In this document: piece by piece, positions 63,881 to 64,000 of the stretch
Numbering within the stretch: position 1 is the stretch's first letter
How the letters are laid out: each line of letters opens with the position of its first letter
Assembly (NCBI GenBank): GCA_951406725.2
Contig: OX597819.1
Span: 124,372,001-124,436,000, forward strand
Reading direction: 5' to 3'
Length of the DNA: 64,000 bases
From: Octopus vulgaris
Lineage: Eukaryota
Translations under genes and position numbers: made by a program
Notes under the pieces: generated by a model
Seen by the model: only the letters and a program-made list of their open reading frames with translations
What the model was told of the DNA's origin: nothing
The model's database searches: none

Positions 63881-64000
63881 TATTTATATTTCCCCAGAGT
63901 TATCGATAAAACCAGTATTGTTCAAATACTGAAGAAATCAATGCTCCTAATTGTCTATACTTCTACTGTATATATTTGTGGTCTTGTGTCAATATGAGGA

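Overview
AT-rich, repeat-dense eukaryotic genomic DNA. The SINE/LINE repertoire suggests an octopus or other coleoid cephalopod (inference). The only well-supported host gene is the 3' end of RSBN1/KDM9 (three + strand exons, 618-4304), which has a very long low-complexity C-terminal tail. A probable housekeeping promoter and first exon lies on the - strand near 46.2 kb. The rest is nested transposon debris: RTE 3' tails and ORF2 fragments, CR1, L1-Tx1, three Naiad-type Penelope-like elements (PLEs), several tRNA-derived SINE families, two non-autonomous Helitrons, mariner/Tc1/hAT/Merlin remnants, MITEs and microsatellites. The most notable signal is a set of short (~235-310 bp) fold-back insertions, three with ~11-bp target-site duplications (TSDs). 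Three of them carry minimal type I hammerhead ribozyme folds whose core 3-8 pair differs between elements (C:G, G:C, U:A). A pseudoknot-like module is also tandemly amplified in the RTE 3' UTR. All calls are by eye; no searches or folding programs were run, and repeat boundaries are approximate.
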